Below, in pieces: positions 25,733 through 39,575 of a stretch of DNA of 64,000 nt. The stretch is from Octopus vulgaris (taxonomy: Eukaryota), in contig OX597839.1 of assembly GCA_951406725.2 (NCBI GenBank), positions 17,670,001-17,734,000 of the forward strand. Direction: 5' to 3'. The notes under the pieces are model-generated. The model searched no databases and had not been told where the DNA came from. It worked only from the letters and a program-made list of their open reading frames with translations. Made by a program: the position numbers and the translations under genes. Positions within the stretch are counted from its first letter, which is position 1; each line of letters opens with the position of its first letter.

Positions 25733-26002
25733 CAACAACAACAACACCTACTACTACAACAACAACAACAACAACAACAACTACTACTACTACCACTACC
25801 ACTACCAATAATAATAATGATGATGACGATGATGATGTTGGTTTCTTTCATAATACCACTATTATTATTACTATTACTACCACTATTGTCACTGCTACTA
25901 CTTCTACTACTACTACTATTATACTACCACTACCACCACCGCCACCACCACCACCACTATTACTACTGCAGTAACAACAGCAACAATAACAACAACAACA
26001 AT
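25733..26002. repeat. Compound trinucleotide microsatellite (ACA/ACT/ACC/ATG)
   Basis: Low-complexity array; explains the poly-T and poly-P ORFs. Confidence 0.9.
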
Positions 26003-26231
26003 ACATTTTAACAACTGTTATTTGTTACAAAACTTAATTCTCATAAAAGGAAGAATATTTAGTTCAGTCTGACTGACTTCTTTCTGTGGTTCCTTAGATC
26101 TTCTCTCTGCTGTTACCCTTTCTCCCTCTCTCTCTCTCTCTCTCTCTCCCTCCCAGTTTCCATCATGCTCCTCTTTATGTTTATCTCTTCTATCTAGCCT
26201 CTTCATTAGTCCTATTCTATTTACATTTATA

Positions 26232-26288
<57 letters not shown>

Positions 26289-26291
26289 GTG

Positions 26292-26347
<56 letters not shown>

Positions 26348-29080
26348 CACATATATGCACACACACAACCACAGATACTCATATAATATGAATATACTTA
26401 TGTGTATATAAACAAACCTACATAAATGTTATACGTTTATAAACAGCAAATTATAAATGTATACATCTTTGTATAAATACCTAAATTCAAAATGCATATA
26501 TGGGCACATATGTACATGTGACTGTCTGTGAGTATATGTGTGTGTGTGTGTGTGTGTATGTGTGTGTGTGTGTGTATGCGTAGACACACATATACATTTA
26601 TGCTTATAACTACATATATCTTTATGCATATACATATATATGCATACGTGTATACATACAGTTAGACGTTTATATGCATGATGATGATGATGATGATGAT
26701 GACACACACACACATTCATTTGCTGCTGTTTCACATTGATTTCTTATCCCACTCAGCATCTATTGTTTGCCAACTCCATCCTAGTGAATACTGCTAAATT
26801 CCTCGCCAAGGATCAAGTGGGTTGCATAGATTCAAAACAATTGCATCCAACCATTCCTTTACTCTTCAATAATGAACTTTAACTATAAACAATATCTGCA
26901 ATTTTTCTGGTATCTTTGCTTCAGTTCCTCTTTCCTCTTCCACTCAATCTACCCTACTGCATCCGCCTCCTTTTTGATTGATGCTTCAAAATGAGATCTG
27001 ACTTCATAGCATTTTCTTTCATTTTTTTCACTTTTCTTTGTTAGAGAGAGAAAGAGATAGAGAGGTGGCATGAAAGAAGTAAGAGTGGGAGGGGGGTTCA
27101 GGGTCTTTATTTTTGAATTTTTTTGTAAAGTTATTCATCATTATTATTATTGTTATTACTATTATTAGCACAGCTCATTATTCCACCTCATTTCATACGT
27201 TAAATTTTTCTGACGTGTAAACTAATAGAAAGTAGGGCTTTTGTGTTCCATTTTTGCCGAGAAAACAGAGCCAGATAGACAAACTCTTTGGTAGGTGTTT
27301 AGGAATTTGAGAATTGTTTAGAGATAGTTTTAAAGATGCGGTGTTTTCTGAGGCAGCAAAATGTAGATTTATTTAGATCAGTGCTGGTTCTGTTTAAAAT
27401 GAAAAGATTAAAAGCTACAGGGACATAAACAAACCAACACCAGTTGTCAAGTGGTGGTGGAGACATACACACGCACACACACATACAATGGGCTTTTTTC
27501 AGTTTCCTTGAAACCCTATACAGCTCCTCAGCTTACAAGTTTTCAGTCAAACCAGCCAACCCATGCCAGCATGGAAAACAGATGTTAAAAATGATGTCTA
27601 CCAAATCTGACAAGGCTTTGATCAGCCCTAGACAATAACACAAGACACTTGCCCAAGGAGTCACACAATGGGACTGAACCTGGAACCATGTAGTCGGGAA
27701 GCAATCTTCTTCCCACACAGGGGATCTGTGAGTGTGTTTATTATTGATGCAATGACCTTCCTAAAATACAATACAGTACAGTTTGCATCCATAAAATTCT
27801 TCCTTCTTCACATAGTGTTGGAGAAGTTTAAAAAGTTTGAACCCATCTTAATGGCATTAAACATGACTGTCTGTCCACCCCTTGTCAATCTTCACAGCCC
27901 AGCCGTAAACTCCTAATCTGAAACACTGATCTAATGTGTCACCACCTCCACCCTTGTTTTCTTAATGTGGTTTAAAACGAAGCTTTTAACATATCTAAAG
28001 CACAAAAAAAAACCAACATCTTCAAAATATCCAGCAAGGCATACTGGAGCTTAATAGTCAGGATTAGGCTTTCATTTCAAACAAATAGCGATTAAATATG
28101 ATAACCAAAACATCAAACATTACTAATTATTGTAAAACACAACTTCTGAAAACAAGTTTGGTGGTTATGAAATGATTTGATTAAAAAAAAAAACTGTTTT
28201 TGAATGACCATAAAAAAGTTTGTTTGTGACTGATGAGTAAAAGTAGGATAATATTTAAATTTAACTATCAGACAAACACAAGATATTACTTAAAAAACAA
28301 AAAGAAAGTCTACATCTTTATTATATGAAATCAATACATAGGGACGGACTAAGGCCACAAAGTGTTCAAGAGATAATGATGCTGATTATGTAATGATAAT
28401 AATAATGAAGGTGACAGTGATGGTGGTGGTGGTGGCATTGGAAGTATGATGATGATGATAATTTGGAATGAAAGTGTGTATATGTACAAAAAAATTTGGA
28501 ACCACTCTGCTTGATAGTTAATGTGAATGTGTAAATGTTGCAACAAAAATATATAAGCTGTCTTTCATCATTTCATTTGTTTGGGTCATTGGAGTGCAGT
28601 TATGCTGGGGCGGCTCTGCCTTGTAGGTTTTAGTCTAACAAATTGATCCCAATACTTATTTTTGAATTTAGTACTTATTCCATCAGTCTTTCCTTGCTGA
28701 ACCAATAAGTAACATGGACATAAACAAACATTAGTTGTCAAGCACTTAAAAGCCATAAGACAAAGACACACATCTGCATACACACACACACATGTGCATA
28801 CATGCAAACATATATACATACATATATACACACACATTATATATATATATATTATCAATGGAAGCAGTATTAATACCTAAAGGTAATTTTTATATCCTGC
28901 TCAACATGAATGCCTTGTTAGAACATTCTATATATATATATATATATATATGTATATGTATGTATGTATACAGGTATATATGTATATATATACACACATA
29001 TATATACACGTGTGTATATATGTATATATATATATACATAGATATGTGTGTGTGTATATATAGATATACATGTGTATATA

Positions 29081-29120
<40 letters not shown>

Positions 29121-29130
<10 letters not shown>

Positions 29131-29835
29131 TAAATTAGAGACAAAACCACTATTATGCAAATCAAACAATGAAAGACTTAAGCCAATACATAAATTAATT
29201 TATATTATTTAGATATACTCTTTACTCTTTACTCTTTTACTTGTTTCAGTCATTTGACTGCGGCCATGCTGGAGCACCGCCTTTAATCGAGCAACTCGAT
29301 CCCGGGACTTATTCTTTTGTAAGCCCAGTACTTATTCTATCGGTCTCTTTTGCCGAACCGCTAAATGACGGGGACATAAACACACCAGCATCGGTTGTCA
29401 AGCAATGCTAGGGGACAAACACAGACACACAAACACACAAACACACACACGCATATATATATATATATACATATATACGACGGGCTTCTTTCAGTTTCCG
29501 TCTACCAAATCCACTCACAAGGCTTTGGTCGGCCCGAGGCTATAGTAGAAGACACTTACCCAAGGTGCCACACAGTGGGACTGAACCCGGAACCATGCGG
29601 TTGGTAGACAAGCTACTTACCACACAGCCACTCCTGCGTAACAGTTATTAAAAATAATAATTGTTACATATCTAAATAATATAAATTAATTTATGTATTG
29701 GCTTAAGTCTTTCATTGTTTGATTTGCATAATAGTGGTTTTGTCTCTAATTTAATATAATATAATATTTTACTATAAAGTTGGATTCAATCCTAAATCTG
29801 ATTTTTCCCTGTAAGTTTGGATTTATTCCCTAATA
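29121..29835. mobile_element. (TA)n-embedded fold-back element with a family A SINE in its loop
   Basis: ~90-bp near-perfect inverted arms 29121-29215 / 29669-29763. Related to 23190-23290, 30290-30420 and 49085-49235. Confidence 0.85.
29216..29638 (-). mobile_element. Full-length young family A SINE
   Basis: Reverse complement of 17011-17462 with CpGs retained. Confidence 0.92.
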
Positions 29836-29861
29836 TTTATTATTATATATATATATATATA

Positions 29862-30241
29862 CACTACCGTCAGAAATTAATTAGCACCCTTGATTTGCTC
29901 TTCACTCAAGGTATGTGCTGTCACCTAGTGGCCATATCTCGAACTATTGCTTTGTTGCAAGTTCACTGTTGCGCAGAACGATGACGTAACTTTGTTTGCA
30001 GAGCAGTTTGAGAGTCTACAGCCTTATGATGTTGACATAGCAGTGCAACAACAACTTGGAGTGCGGATGCAGACAAATCTTCCTTTGTTTAATAGATATA
30101 GGTAGCGCCTCACAAGGACCGAAATCACACCATACTAAGTTTTCTCATCCCGTAAGACGTTTTGAACAGCTCATAGGTTAATTGATTTAACCTATTTAAT
30201 GTAGAAATTTGAGAAGTGCTTATTAATTTCTGACGCAAGTG
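29862..30241. mobile_element. Tc1/mariner-type MITE
   Basis: 26-bp TIR cactaccgtcagaaattaattagcac / gtgcttattaatttctgacgcaagtg, flanked by TA. Confidence 0.85.
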
Positions 30242-30491
30242 TATATTTATATATATATAATAATAATAATAATAATGATGATAATAATGGGGAATATAAT
30301 TCCAAACTTACAGGGAAAAATTCAATTTAGCAATTCTAAATCAAATTTCACAATATATAATATATGTATATAATTAAGAGAAATAACCTCTATTAAGTAA
30401 TTCAAGAGTGAAAGACATTATTATAGAAAAATTTACATATACTATAATAAATATTGTTCGAAAAATCACTAAATTAAATAAACATTAAATT

Positions 30492-30589
30492 GACTATGCG
30501 CGTTTCGTGATTATATCTTTAAATCAGTAATGATAAAATCGATACTATTAAAATTAATTCGATTTAAGATTATAGCTACTCTTCAGGTC
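30492..30589 (-). ncRNA. Type I hammerhead motif with long helix II
   Basis: Reverse complement reads GAC CTGAAGA GTagctataat...atataatcAC GAAA CGCGCA TA GTC; C-A mismatch in helix III. Confidence 0.65.
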
Positions 30590-31191
30590 TAAAATAATAA
30601 AATAAATGTATGTATCTTAGCATAAAATAATTAACAAATAAATATAGAAATCATCATCATTTATCGTTTAATGTCCGCTTTCCATGCTAGCATGGGTTGG
30701 ATGATTTTGATGGAGGGCTGGCAGAGTTTCTACAGCTGGATGCCCTTCCTAACGCGAACCACTCTGAGAGTATAGCAGGTGCTTTTACATGCCACCGGCA
30801 CAGGGGCCAGTCAGGCAGCACTGGCAATGACTTTGCTTGAATCTTCTTACACATGCCTCCGGCACAGATGCCAGTTAGGCGACACTGGTAACAATCATGC
30901 TTGAATGCTGCCTTTTACATGCCACCGGCATGGAAGCCAGTTAGCCGCTCTGGCAACGATCATGCTACGTATCATAACAATAAATAATCAAATAAAATGT
31001 AATAATATCAATGAAAAATAAAATCATAACTTATCTTATTGAAGAAAACCAGTTAACTGGTTTGTTATGATTTTATTTTTCATTAATATTATTACATTGT
31101 ATTCGATTATTTATTGTTATGATACATATATTTCTATATTTATTTGTTAAATATTATATGTTAAGATACATACATTTATTTTATTATTTTA

Positions 31192-31289
31192 GACCTGAAG
31201 AGTGGCTATATTTTTAAATTGATTTAATCTTAATAGTTTCGATTTTATTATTATTGATTTGAAGATATACTCATGAAACGTGCATAGTC
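31192..31289 (+). ncRNA. Type I hammerhead motif, mirror copy of 30492-30589
   Basis: GAC CTGAAGA GTGgctatat...atatactCAT GAAA CGTGCA TA GTC. Confidence 0.62.
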
Positions 31290-31390
31290 AATTTAATGTC
31301 TATTTAATTTAGTGGTTTTTTCAAATAATTTGAACTTACTCTCCGATATCTTTACTGAGTACCAAGTCATCAGGGTAAAGTGTCTATCTA

Positions 31391-31424
<34 letters not shown>

Positions 31425-33153
31425 TGTATATAAAATATGAGCACTTTTCACATGCACACATATAGACATACATGCTTACGCAAACATGTAACTGAAGGCA
31501 CTTGGTTCATTGGTTAGAGTGTTGTGCTTGTGGTCATAGGATCATGGATTTAATTTGTGAATAGGGTGGTGTGTTGTGTCCTTGACCAAGGCATTTCATT
31601 TCACATGGCACTAGTATGTTCAGGTGTAAGTGAGTATTAGATTAGTGATGGTGCAACTGTGTCTCTCCCTTCAGTTATTTTTGATGTTCCATTGGGTCCA
31701 AGATAGGAGAACTGAAAGCATGTCTGTGTCTTCTCATAAACACCTAAAACAATTAGCAAAAGCATGGTACATACTACCAACTCATACTTGCTTGTGAGTG
31801 ATACCTATGGTTTTATATATAACCTACATATTAAATATATGTATATATGTATGTACAAATATACATATATACTGCAACCAAATTTCTTCTACACCAATGC
31901 ATCTCTGATAACCACAGTTTTATTGATTAAAATTTGCTAAGTACACCTCAAAACATCTTTTTCTGCAGCTGTTTGTTCAGCGTGGGAGACTATTCATTGT
32001 ATTTATGATGAATACCATCTTCAACATTAATGCTACAAATGCTACAACTATAAGCCATGTTAAATAACTGGTTGTTCTATTACTATTCCTTGAAGTAATC
32101 TTTTATTCGAAACTATAGCAATATTTGCCTTAAACCTGAATTCATCATGCAGAGAAGTACTACAAACAATATGTCTGGACATGACAACAACATCAGAGAA
32201 AAATGATGTAGGATGAAAAAAAAAAAAAAAAAAGCAGAATCTAACAAGTTGTTGTAGGAGAAATCAAAATTATAAAGTACATTTTTCTTTTCTTGGAGTT
32301 ATGAACTCAATAATGACATGTAATTGCTATAAATGGCCCAGAAATAATGATACCTCTGTTAGTTATATGAATGGGATGAAAATATGAGACAAACTTTACA
32401 CTCAGCTAAATTATTTCATGACAAGAGAATTATACCAATAAGAAACATTTGAATATAAGAAGAGGGTCAATTGCTGTAATTTTACTCTCGCAAATGAAAA
32501 CAGGAGGCAAGTAACAGCACATGAACACATTCCTAGAATACGTTCATGCAGCATGTCTGACAACGGAGCCGACACCAACTCTCACTAGGTTACCTTGTGG
32601 TAAAGCAGACTAACCACATTTAGCCGTTAGTGACCACAGCAGCTGTCAGGATAAAAAAGTATAAGTAGAAAAGCTAAAAAATATAAGTAATTAAGATGTA
32701 TTATTTATGAAATGGTGGTGTCCTGGCTGAACCATTAGTGTATTGGACAAAATGCTTTCTACTGAGTTATTTGTGTCACATCTCAGTTCCTTCCAACCTC
32801 TTTCAGATGCAACACTTTTCTGAATTCATACTGATTCAAATATTATTGCCAGCCATGTACATCCTGTACGGTTTGATATTTGCAGCTTTCCATACCAGAA
32901 TATTCTTTTGTTTGAGATGGTCCCAAGTGCACCGATCCCTCTAGGTAACATGCTTTTGAGGCTCTATAGATGCTCCATTAAGCTTTGATCTACGTAGCTT
33001 TTTCTCTCTACTGTTATATTCGTAAGAAATTTTTTCCTTTGTCTTGCTGTTCAACATCTGGCCTAATTCTGTTCACTGATATACTCATTGTCTGGAAATA
33101 GTACTTCACTGCTGTCTACTTTTCACCCTCTCCACAGTTCAATAACAGCACAA

Positions 33154-33196
<43 letters not shown>

Positions 33197-34349
33197 GATA
33201 TTATTAAGGCAGCAAGGTGGCAGAATCATTAGCACGCTGTCTTTTGGATTTGGAACAGGAGAGAAAAAGACTATTGATCTGCAGTAAGACTATCAGTTAT
33301 ATGGCATTACTTATCAGACATGAACAAATAGCTACATGTTTACTGCAAAAAACATTGAAAAATAGACAAAACTATTTGGAGATAGTAGAGGAAGATCATC
33401 ATTTAACATTCACTTTTCCATGGGTCAAACAAAATTTGTTGAGGCAGATTTTCTATGGCCTGATGTCCTTTCTATCACCAAGCAAGGCAACATTTGCCCA
33501 TGGCCAGATGTTTTTTACGCAGAAGACTGGAAATGAACAACTTTGCTTGGATGATACTTGTTTACAGACATCACATGATATCAAGACAAGAGTACACACA
33601 CACACACACGCATGCACGCACACATACACACACACACACACACACACTGTCATAGATATGACGGAGTGTTTTTCATTTTTTGTCTACCAAATTTGGTCAT
33701 AAGGCTTTGGTTTGCCCAGGACAATCATAGAAGACATTTACCCAATGTACCTCACCATGAGACTGAATCTAAAACTACAAGCTTCTTAACCACACAACAA
33801 TACCTGCAAGAGCATCATCATCATCATCATCATCATTTAACATCCGCTTTCCAGTTGTCTGTTGTGACATGGTTTCTACAACTGGATACCCTTCCTAATG
33901 CCCAGAAGATTTCAGTATAAATTGACAACCATGGAGTTGTCTGAGAAATTTGACCATCAGAAGTGAGTAGTAGTAAAAAAAGATTAACAAGTAATCTTGT
34001 CAAAATTGGTCTGTAGTTTATTAAAAGATGAGGAGGTAGTCTCTAAAAATATTGAGGCAACTTCTCTGGTGGGAAATATAGAATGAGAAAATTGTAATTT
34101 AACAAGGATGCAATGTATTGAGAAGAAATCTGAATGAAGTATTTTCCCTCCTTTACACTGAAAGTATACACTTGTGACTGATGATATCTTTGAGACTGTA
34201 ATACAAAAACTTCAGGATAGGTAAGTAGGTAAGCATGAAAGCACCAGGAAGAGACTTGATTGTTGGCTACTGGTACTAAAAGCTGACCTTTTATCGGGAG
34301 TATCTTACTGACCTTTATGAGGAAAGCTGTCGATATATAAACACACTTA

Positions 34350-34384
<35 letters not shown>

Positions 34385-34832
34385 TTGTATTGTGGTCTCT
34401 CCTGTGGTAGATGACAGATGGGAGCTCTGCAATTTCTCGTTGGACAAACTGCACAAGAGGTTTGTTTATAGTGATCAAATGTTAGTGATGTACATTAGTT
34501 CACTCTCGCCATCAAATCAACATTGCTTATATAAAGGTGCACAGCGTGCCACATGCCAGATGTTGAACTGATTGCAGAGTAACATGAAATGAAGTATTTT
34601 GCTCAAGAACACAACACACTGCCTGGTCTGGGAATCAAAGCCACAACTTCATGGTTGAGTGCAACACACTAAACACTTGGCTACATGCCCTCACACACAC
34701 ACACACACACATGTGCATGCACACACGCATGTGTATGCACACACACATACGTGCATGCACACACACACACACGTGCATGCACACACATATGCATGCACAC
34801 ACACACACACACACGTGCATGCACACACACGC

Positions 34833-35408
34833 AGTCTTTTATTCTTTTACTTGTTTCTGTCACTTGACTGCAGCCATGCTGGAGCACCGCCTTTCAGTCG
34901 AATAAATCGGCCCCAGGTCTTATTCTTTGTAAGCTTAGTACTTATCCTATCGGTCTCTTTTGCTGAACCACTGTTACGGGGATGTAAACACACCAACATC
35001 ATTTGTCAAGTGATGGTGGGGGGACAAACAGGCACGCCTGACGAAATGCGTAGGCGTATTTCGTCTGCCGTTACGTTCTGAGTTCAAATTCTGCCGAGGT
35101 CGACTTTACCTTTCATCCTTTTGGGGTCGATAAATTAAGCACCAGTTACGCACTGGGGTCGATATAATGGACTTAATCCATTTGTCTGTCCTTGTTTGTC
35201 CCTTCTGTGTTTAGCCCCTTGTGGGTTGTAGAGAAATGGGTGGGGGGACAAACACAAATACGCACACACACACACACATATACGGCAGACTTCTTTCGGT
35301 TTTCATCTACGAAATCCACTCACAAGGCTTTGGTTGGCCTGAGGCTATAGCAGAAGACACTTGCCCAAGGTGCCATGCAGTGGGATTGAACCTGAAACCA
35401 TGTGGCTG
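34833..35408 (-). mobile_element. Family A SINE interrupted by a family C SINE (35031-35236, +)
   Basis: Family A sequence breaks at ggtggggggacaaaca and resumes with the same motif at ~35238. Confidence 0.8.
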
Positions 35409-36094
35409 TTTCAGTCATTGGATTGCTGCTGTGCCTGGGCACCACATTGAAGAATTTAGTCGAATAAAACAACCTCAATATTTAGAATTTTTCTTAAAGT
35501 CTGATGCTAATTCTATCAGCCTTTTTTGCTGAACTGCTAATTTTATGAGGGTGTAAACAAACTAACACCAATCGTCAACTGGTAAAGGCAAACAAATGCA
35601 AACATGCAAAAAGAGAATGTCTGTCTGTCTGTGTGCGTGTGAGAGAGAGAGCAAGCATGTGTTAGTATATGGCTGTGTATATGAGAGAGAGAGAGAGAAA
35701 GAGCATGCATTGTATATGGGTGTGTATATGAAAAAGGGAGAGAGAGAGAAATGATGTAAATGTCTAAATGAATGAGTAGAGAAATTAATTAATTTTGGTA
35801 CGCAGCAAATTGTAAAAATCATATTTTCTATATTTATAGATTTTTCATTTTAATATCTTACATATAAAATATTTAAAAATGATGTCATGATTTCTTCGTT
35901 TTTATTCACTCTTTTACTTTTCTTCTTCTTCTCCCCCCTCCTCCTCTTCTTCCTCACAATGAAATATTTTCTTCATAATTTGAAAAATCTGAAGCGAGCT
36001 GAAAAACATTCATTTTTAAAACCAAAGGCACGAATTTTATACGTTTTTATCCTTATTTGTCAAGATTTTCAAACATTTCAGCTACATAATATAT

Positions 36095-36132
<38 letters not shown>

Positions 36133-36985
36133 CTTTGTAATTCACAAGGTTTAATTAATTATTTAATTAATTATTTAATAATAATAATAATACTAATCAT
36201 AATAAAATTAATAATAATGTAGATAAAAAAATCAATTATAATTCTCATGCATTCTTTCTGCTGCATGTAATAAAATTATCATCATCATTAATTTTATCAT
36301 CATTATTATTATTGTTGTTGTTGTAAGTAGTAGTAGTAGTAGTAGTGTCATCATTATTATTACTACTGTCATAATCATCCAACTCATCATCATTATTATT
36401 ATTAGTTTGCTCATTTTTTAAAACCTTCATTTCGTTTGTTTTGTCAAAAACGGAAGTAAGAAGTTTGTCTCTGTTGTTAAGACAAAGAAGTTAAAAAAGA
36501 AAGAAAGAAAGCACGAAAATGACACCCCATCACCCCCCCACCACCACCACCACCAATATGGATTTACTCCTAAATCTGTCATGTGTTGTTTTGTTCCTGT
36601 CAAGTAATGCAATCAGCATAATGTACATTGTCTTCAAGAAGTTGTCCTGTCTTCCACTGGTTGGTACTTCTTAAATCAGCAGTGTACCCTTCCCCCATCC
36701 TCTCTCTCTCTCTCTCTCTCTTACACAATATATTTATTTAGTTACAGTTTTATTATTTTGTTATTCAATCTCATCTTTCATTGAGTTCATCAGTTTGATA
36801 CTTTTATGTTTGTATTTGTGTGTCAGTAAGTTAGTATTTTATGTATGATGTGAGTCTGACTGTATGCGTGTGTGTGTGTGTGTGTTGTATGTGCTTGTGC
36901 ATGTGTGTGTATATATATATGGGTTTGTGTATAAACATATATGTATCATCATCATCCTTTAACGTCCATTTTCTATGCTGGCATT

Positions 36986-37365
<380 letters not shown>

Positions 37366-37566
37366 ATTCTTATGCACATTATGTAAGCATATACAATCAT
37401 GGTTTTCTGTGTGTGTATGTTAAGTTAATTATTTATTTTTCCCTTTTGATATCATTTTCATATTTTTTTCCAATAACTTCCGGTCTGTATTCTATTACAT
37501 CTTAGAAACAATGAAACTATTTTTCTATGAACCATCCACAATGGAAAGCAATCTCTCTCTCTCTCT

Positions 37567-37635
<69 letters not shown>

Positions 37636-37694
37636 ATAATTGTTTTTCTTTTTCCTGCAGATTCAATTGTTTTTAACATGTTAATCATTGATTA

Positions 37695-38150
37695 TCACCC
37701 CACCCGTCACCCACCATGCCCTCAACATCACATTGCACTAAACATCATCATTGTCACACCCCACCACTAGACCCCCAAAAACACTCCTTCCCTCCACTAT
37801 ATACGTCTCGTATTGCCTGACACCTCGCCATACCATACCCTACCACAGTACCCCACATCGTATCATGTCACATCATACAATGCTGCAGTACATCATACCC
37901 CATTCCACACTGCACTGCCATGCTACTCCACCCCATGTTATGTCCACACCTCCCTACATTACACCATGCAGCCAGACCACTTTGCACCACTACATCCAAT
38001 ACCACATGATACCCCACCACACACCACTACACTACATCATACACTACTACACATAACTGCACAACACCAAATGACACCCCCCTCTGCCTCCACACCATGC
38101 CACAAACCACGGTATTTTAAACTACCCTCTGCATCAAACCACACCATCCA
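37695..38150. repeat. Degenerate C/A-rich pentamer-like low-complexity repeat
   Basis: Recurrent cacca/cacac/acatc/cacta units. Confidence 0.7.
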
Positions 38151-38417
38151 TATATTTTAATTATCGTGTGTGTTTGTTTATGTGTGCATATGTGTGTATA
38201 TATGTGTGTATGTGTATGTACGTATGTGTGTATATATATGTGTGTGTATATGTATGTATATATGTGTGTATATGTATATGTGTGTGTATATGTATGTATG
38301 TGTGTATATGTATATATGTGTGTATATGTATATGTGTATGGAGAACGGACGTTAAACGATGATGATGATGATGTATGTATATATGTGTGTATATATATAT
38401 ATATGTATATGTATGTA

Positions 38418-38448
<31 letters not shown>

Positions 38449-39437
38449 GTATGTAGGCATGTATGTGTGTATATGAATATGTGTGTGTGTATGTGTGTGT
38501 GTGTGTGTTGCCATGTTATTAACTTTTATTTATTTCATATTTATATGAAATCATATTAAGTATTTAGACCAAGAATGATATGGCTGAATAATACCCATAG
38601 CCTCGGTAGGTCATTGTTGAGAATCCGACCAAAAAGTGTAATGGATTGTTTCTTCTGATAGGGGCCGATGGAGGAGATGCCTGAAGATTCTACTCCTACA
38701 GCCCTCCCAGGAATAGTGGGAGTAGGACAGAAAATGAAAATATACATGTGTGTGTGTGTGTATTAACCTGACTGTAACCCAGATTGTCTCCATTTCTCAA
38801 GTCCTGTTCCATTTCCCTATTTTCATTTTACTTGAGACCTACTATATAAACAGTTGTTTTTTCTTTCGTCATTGTACATCTTCTTTCTCATTTTTCTGCC
38901 TCTCATTTCTCTTTTTCTGTATCTTCTTTTTTCATCTCTGTGATAAAGGGCATCACCTGAAATATCAGATGTGTGTAAAAATGTGTGGGGAAGAGTGTTG
39001 ATTAGTTTGGTCAACTCACACATGCAGTTGGAGCGTATTCAGTTTTTATAAATGTATTTTACATCTTTTTACCAAATTTTATCTTCTCTGGTCAGGTGGA
39101 TAGGCATCACTGGCCCTCTTTCAACTCCTATGATCTCTCTTGATGGCTCCTTGCACCAACCCTAGGACCCCACTTTAGCTGGTGGGTTAGATCAAGTGAG
39201 GAGATAGTGTTAAGGCAAAAGATTCTGGGTAAGGCTTCTCAATGAGTCCCTAGCCAGAGCGGAGGAACCTGTTTAGGTCAAAGGACTAGTTTTAGAGACC
39301 AAGGCATGTCTCAAGTAGAGGCATATGGTTGTGACTAAATCTTGGAGAGGAATGGGCACTACCAAGCTAACTTGCCCCAGATACCTCCATGTTGATAACA
39401 ACCAGACCAGAATCCATACTGGATTGGTCTTCAGCCA

Positions 39438-39575
39438 TGTTAATATCAAAGAGTGGACAGGCCTCAATTTCACTGACACACAGAGGGCAGCAGAAGACTG
39501 AAAGAAGTTGTGAAATCTAGTTGCAACATCATCAACGAATACCCCAATGACCACACACTCAAGGGATAGGGAAGA
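39438..39575 (+). mobile_element. RTE LINE extreme 3' fragment
   Basis: Manual translation NIKEWTGLNFTDTQRAAED*KKL*NLV, followed by a short gaagaagaa tail. Confidence 0.7.

Larger units (their letters stand above)
30458..31325. mobile_element. Large fold-back HHR element with a family B copy (30651-30968) nested in the left arm
   Basis: Arms 30458-30650 plus 30968-31030 pair with 31064-31325. Central palindrome aaaccagttaactggttt. Confidence 0.85.

Noticed and set aside
31335-31380. Reverse-strand CTGATGA followed by TAAAGATATC
   Set aside because: No GAAA and no NUH triplet at the required position.
36765-36796. Reverse-strand CTGATGA..GAAA
   Set aside because: No helix II or III and no cleavage triplet.
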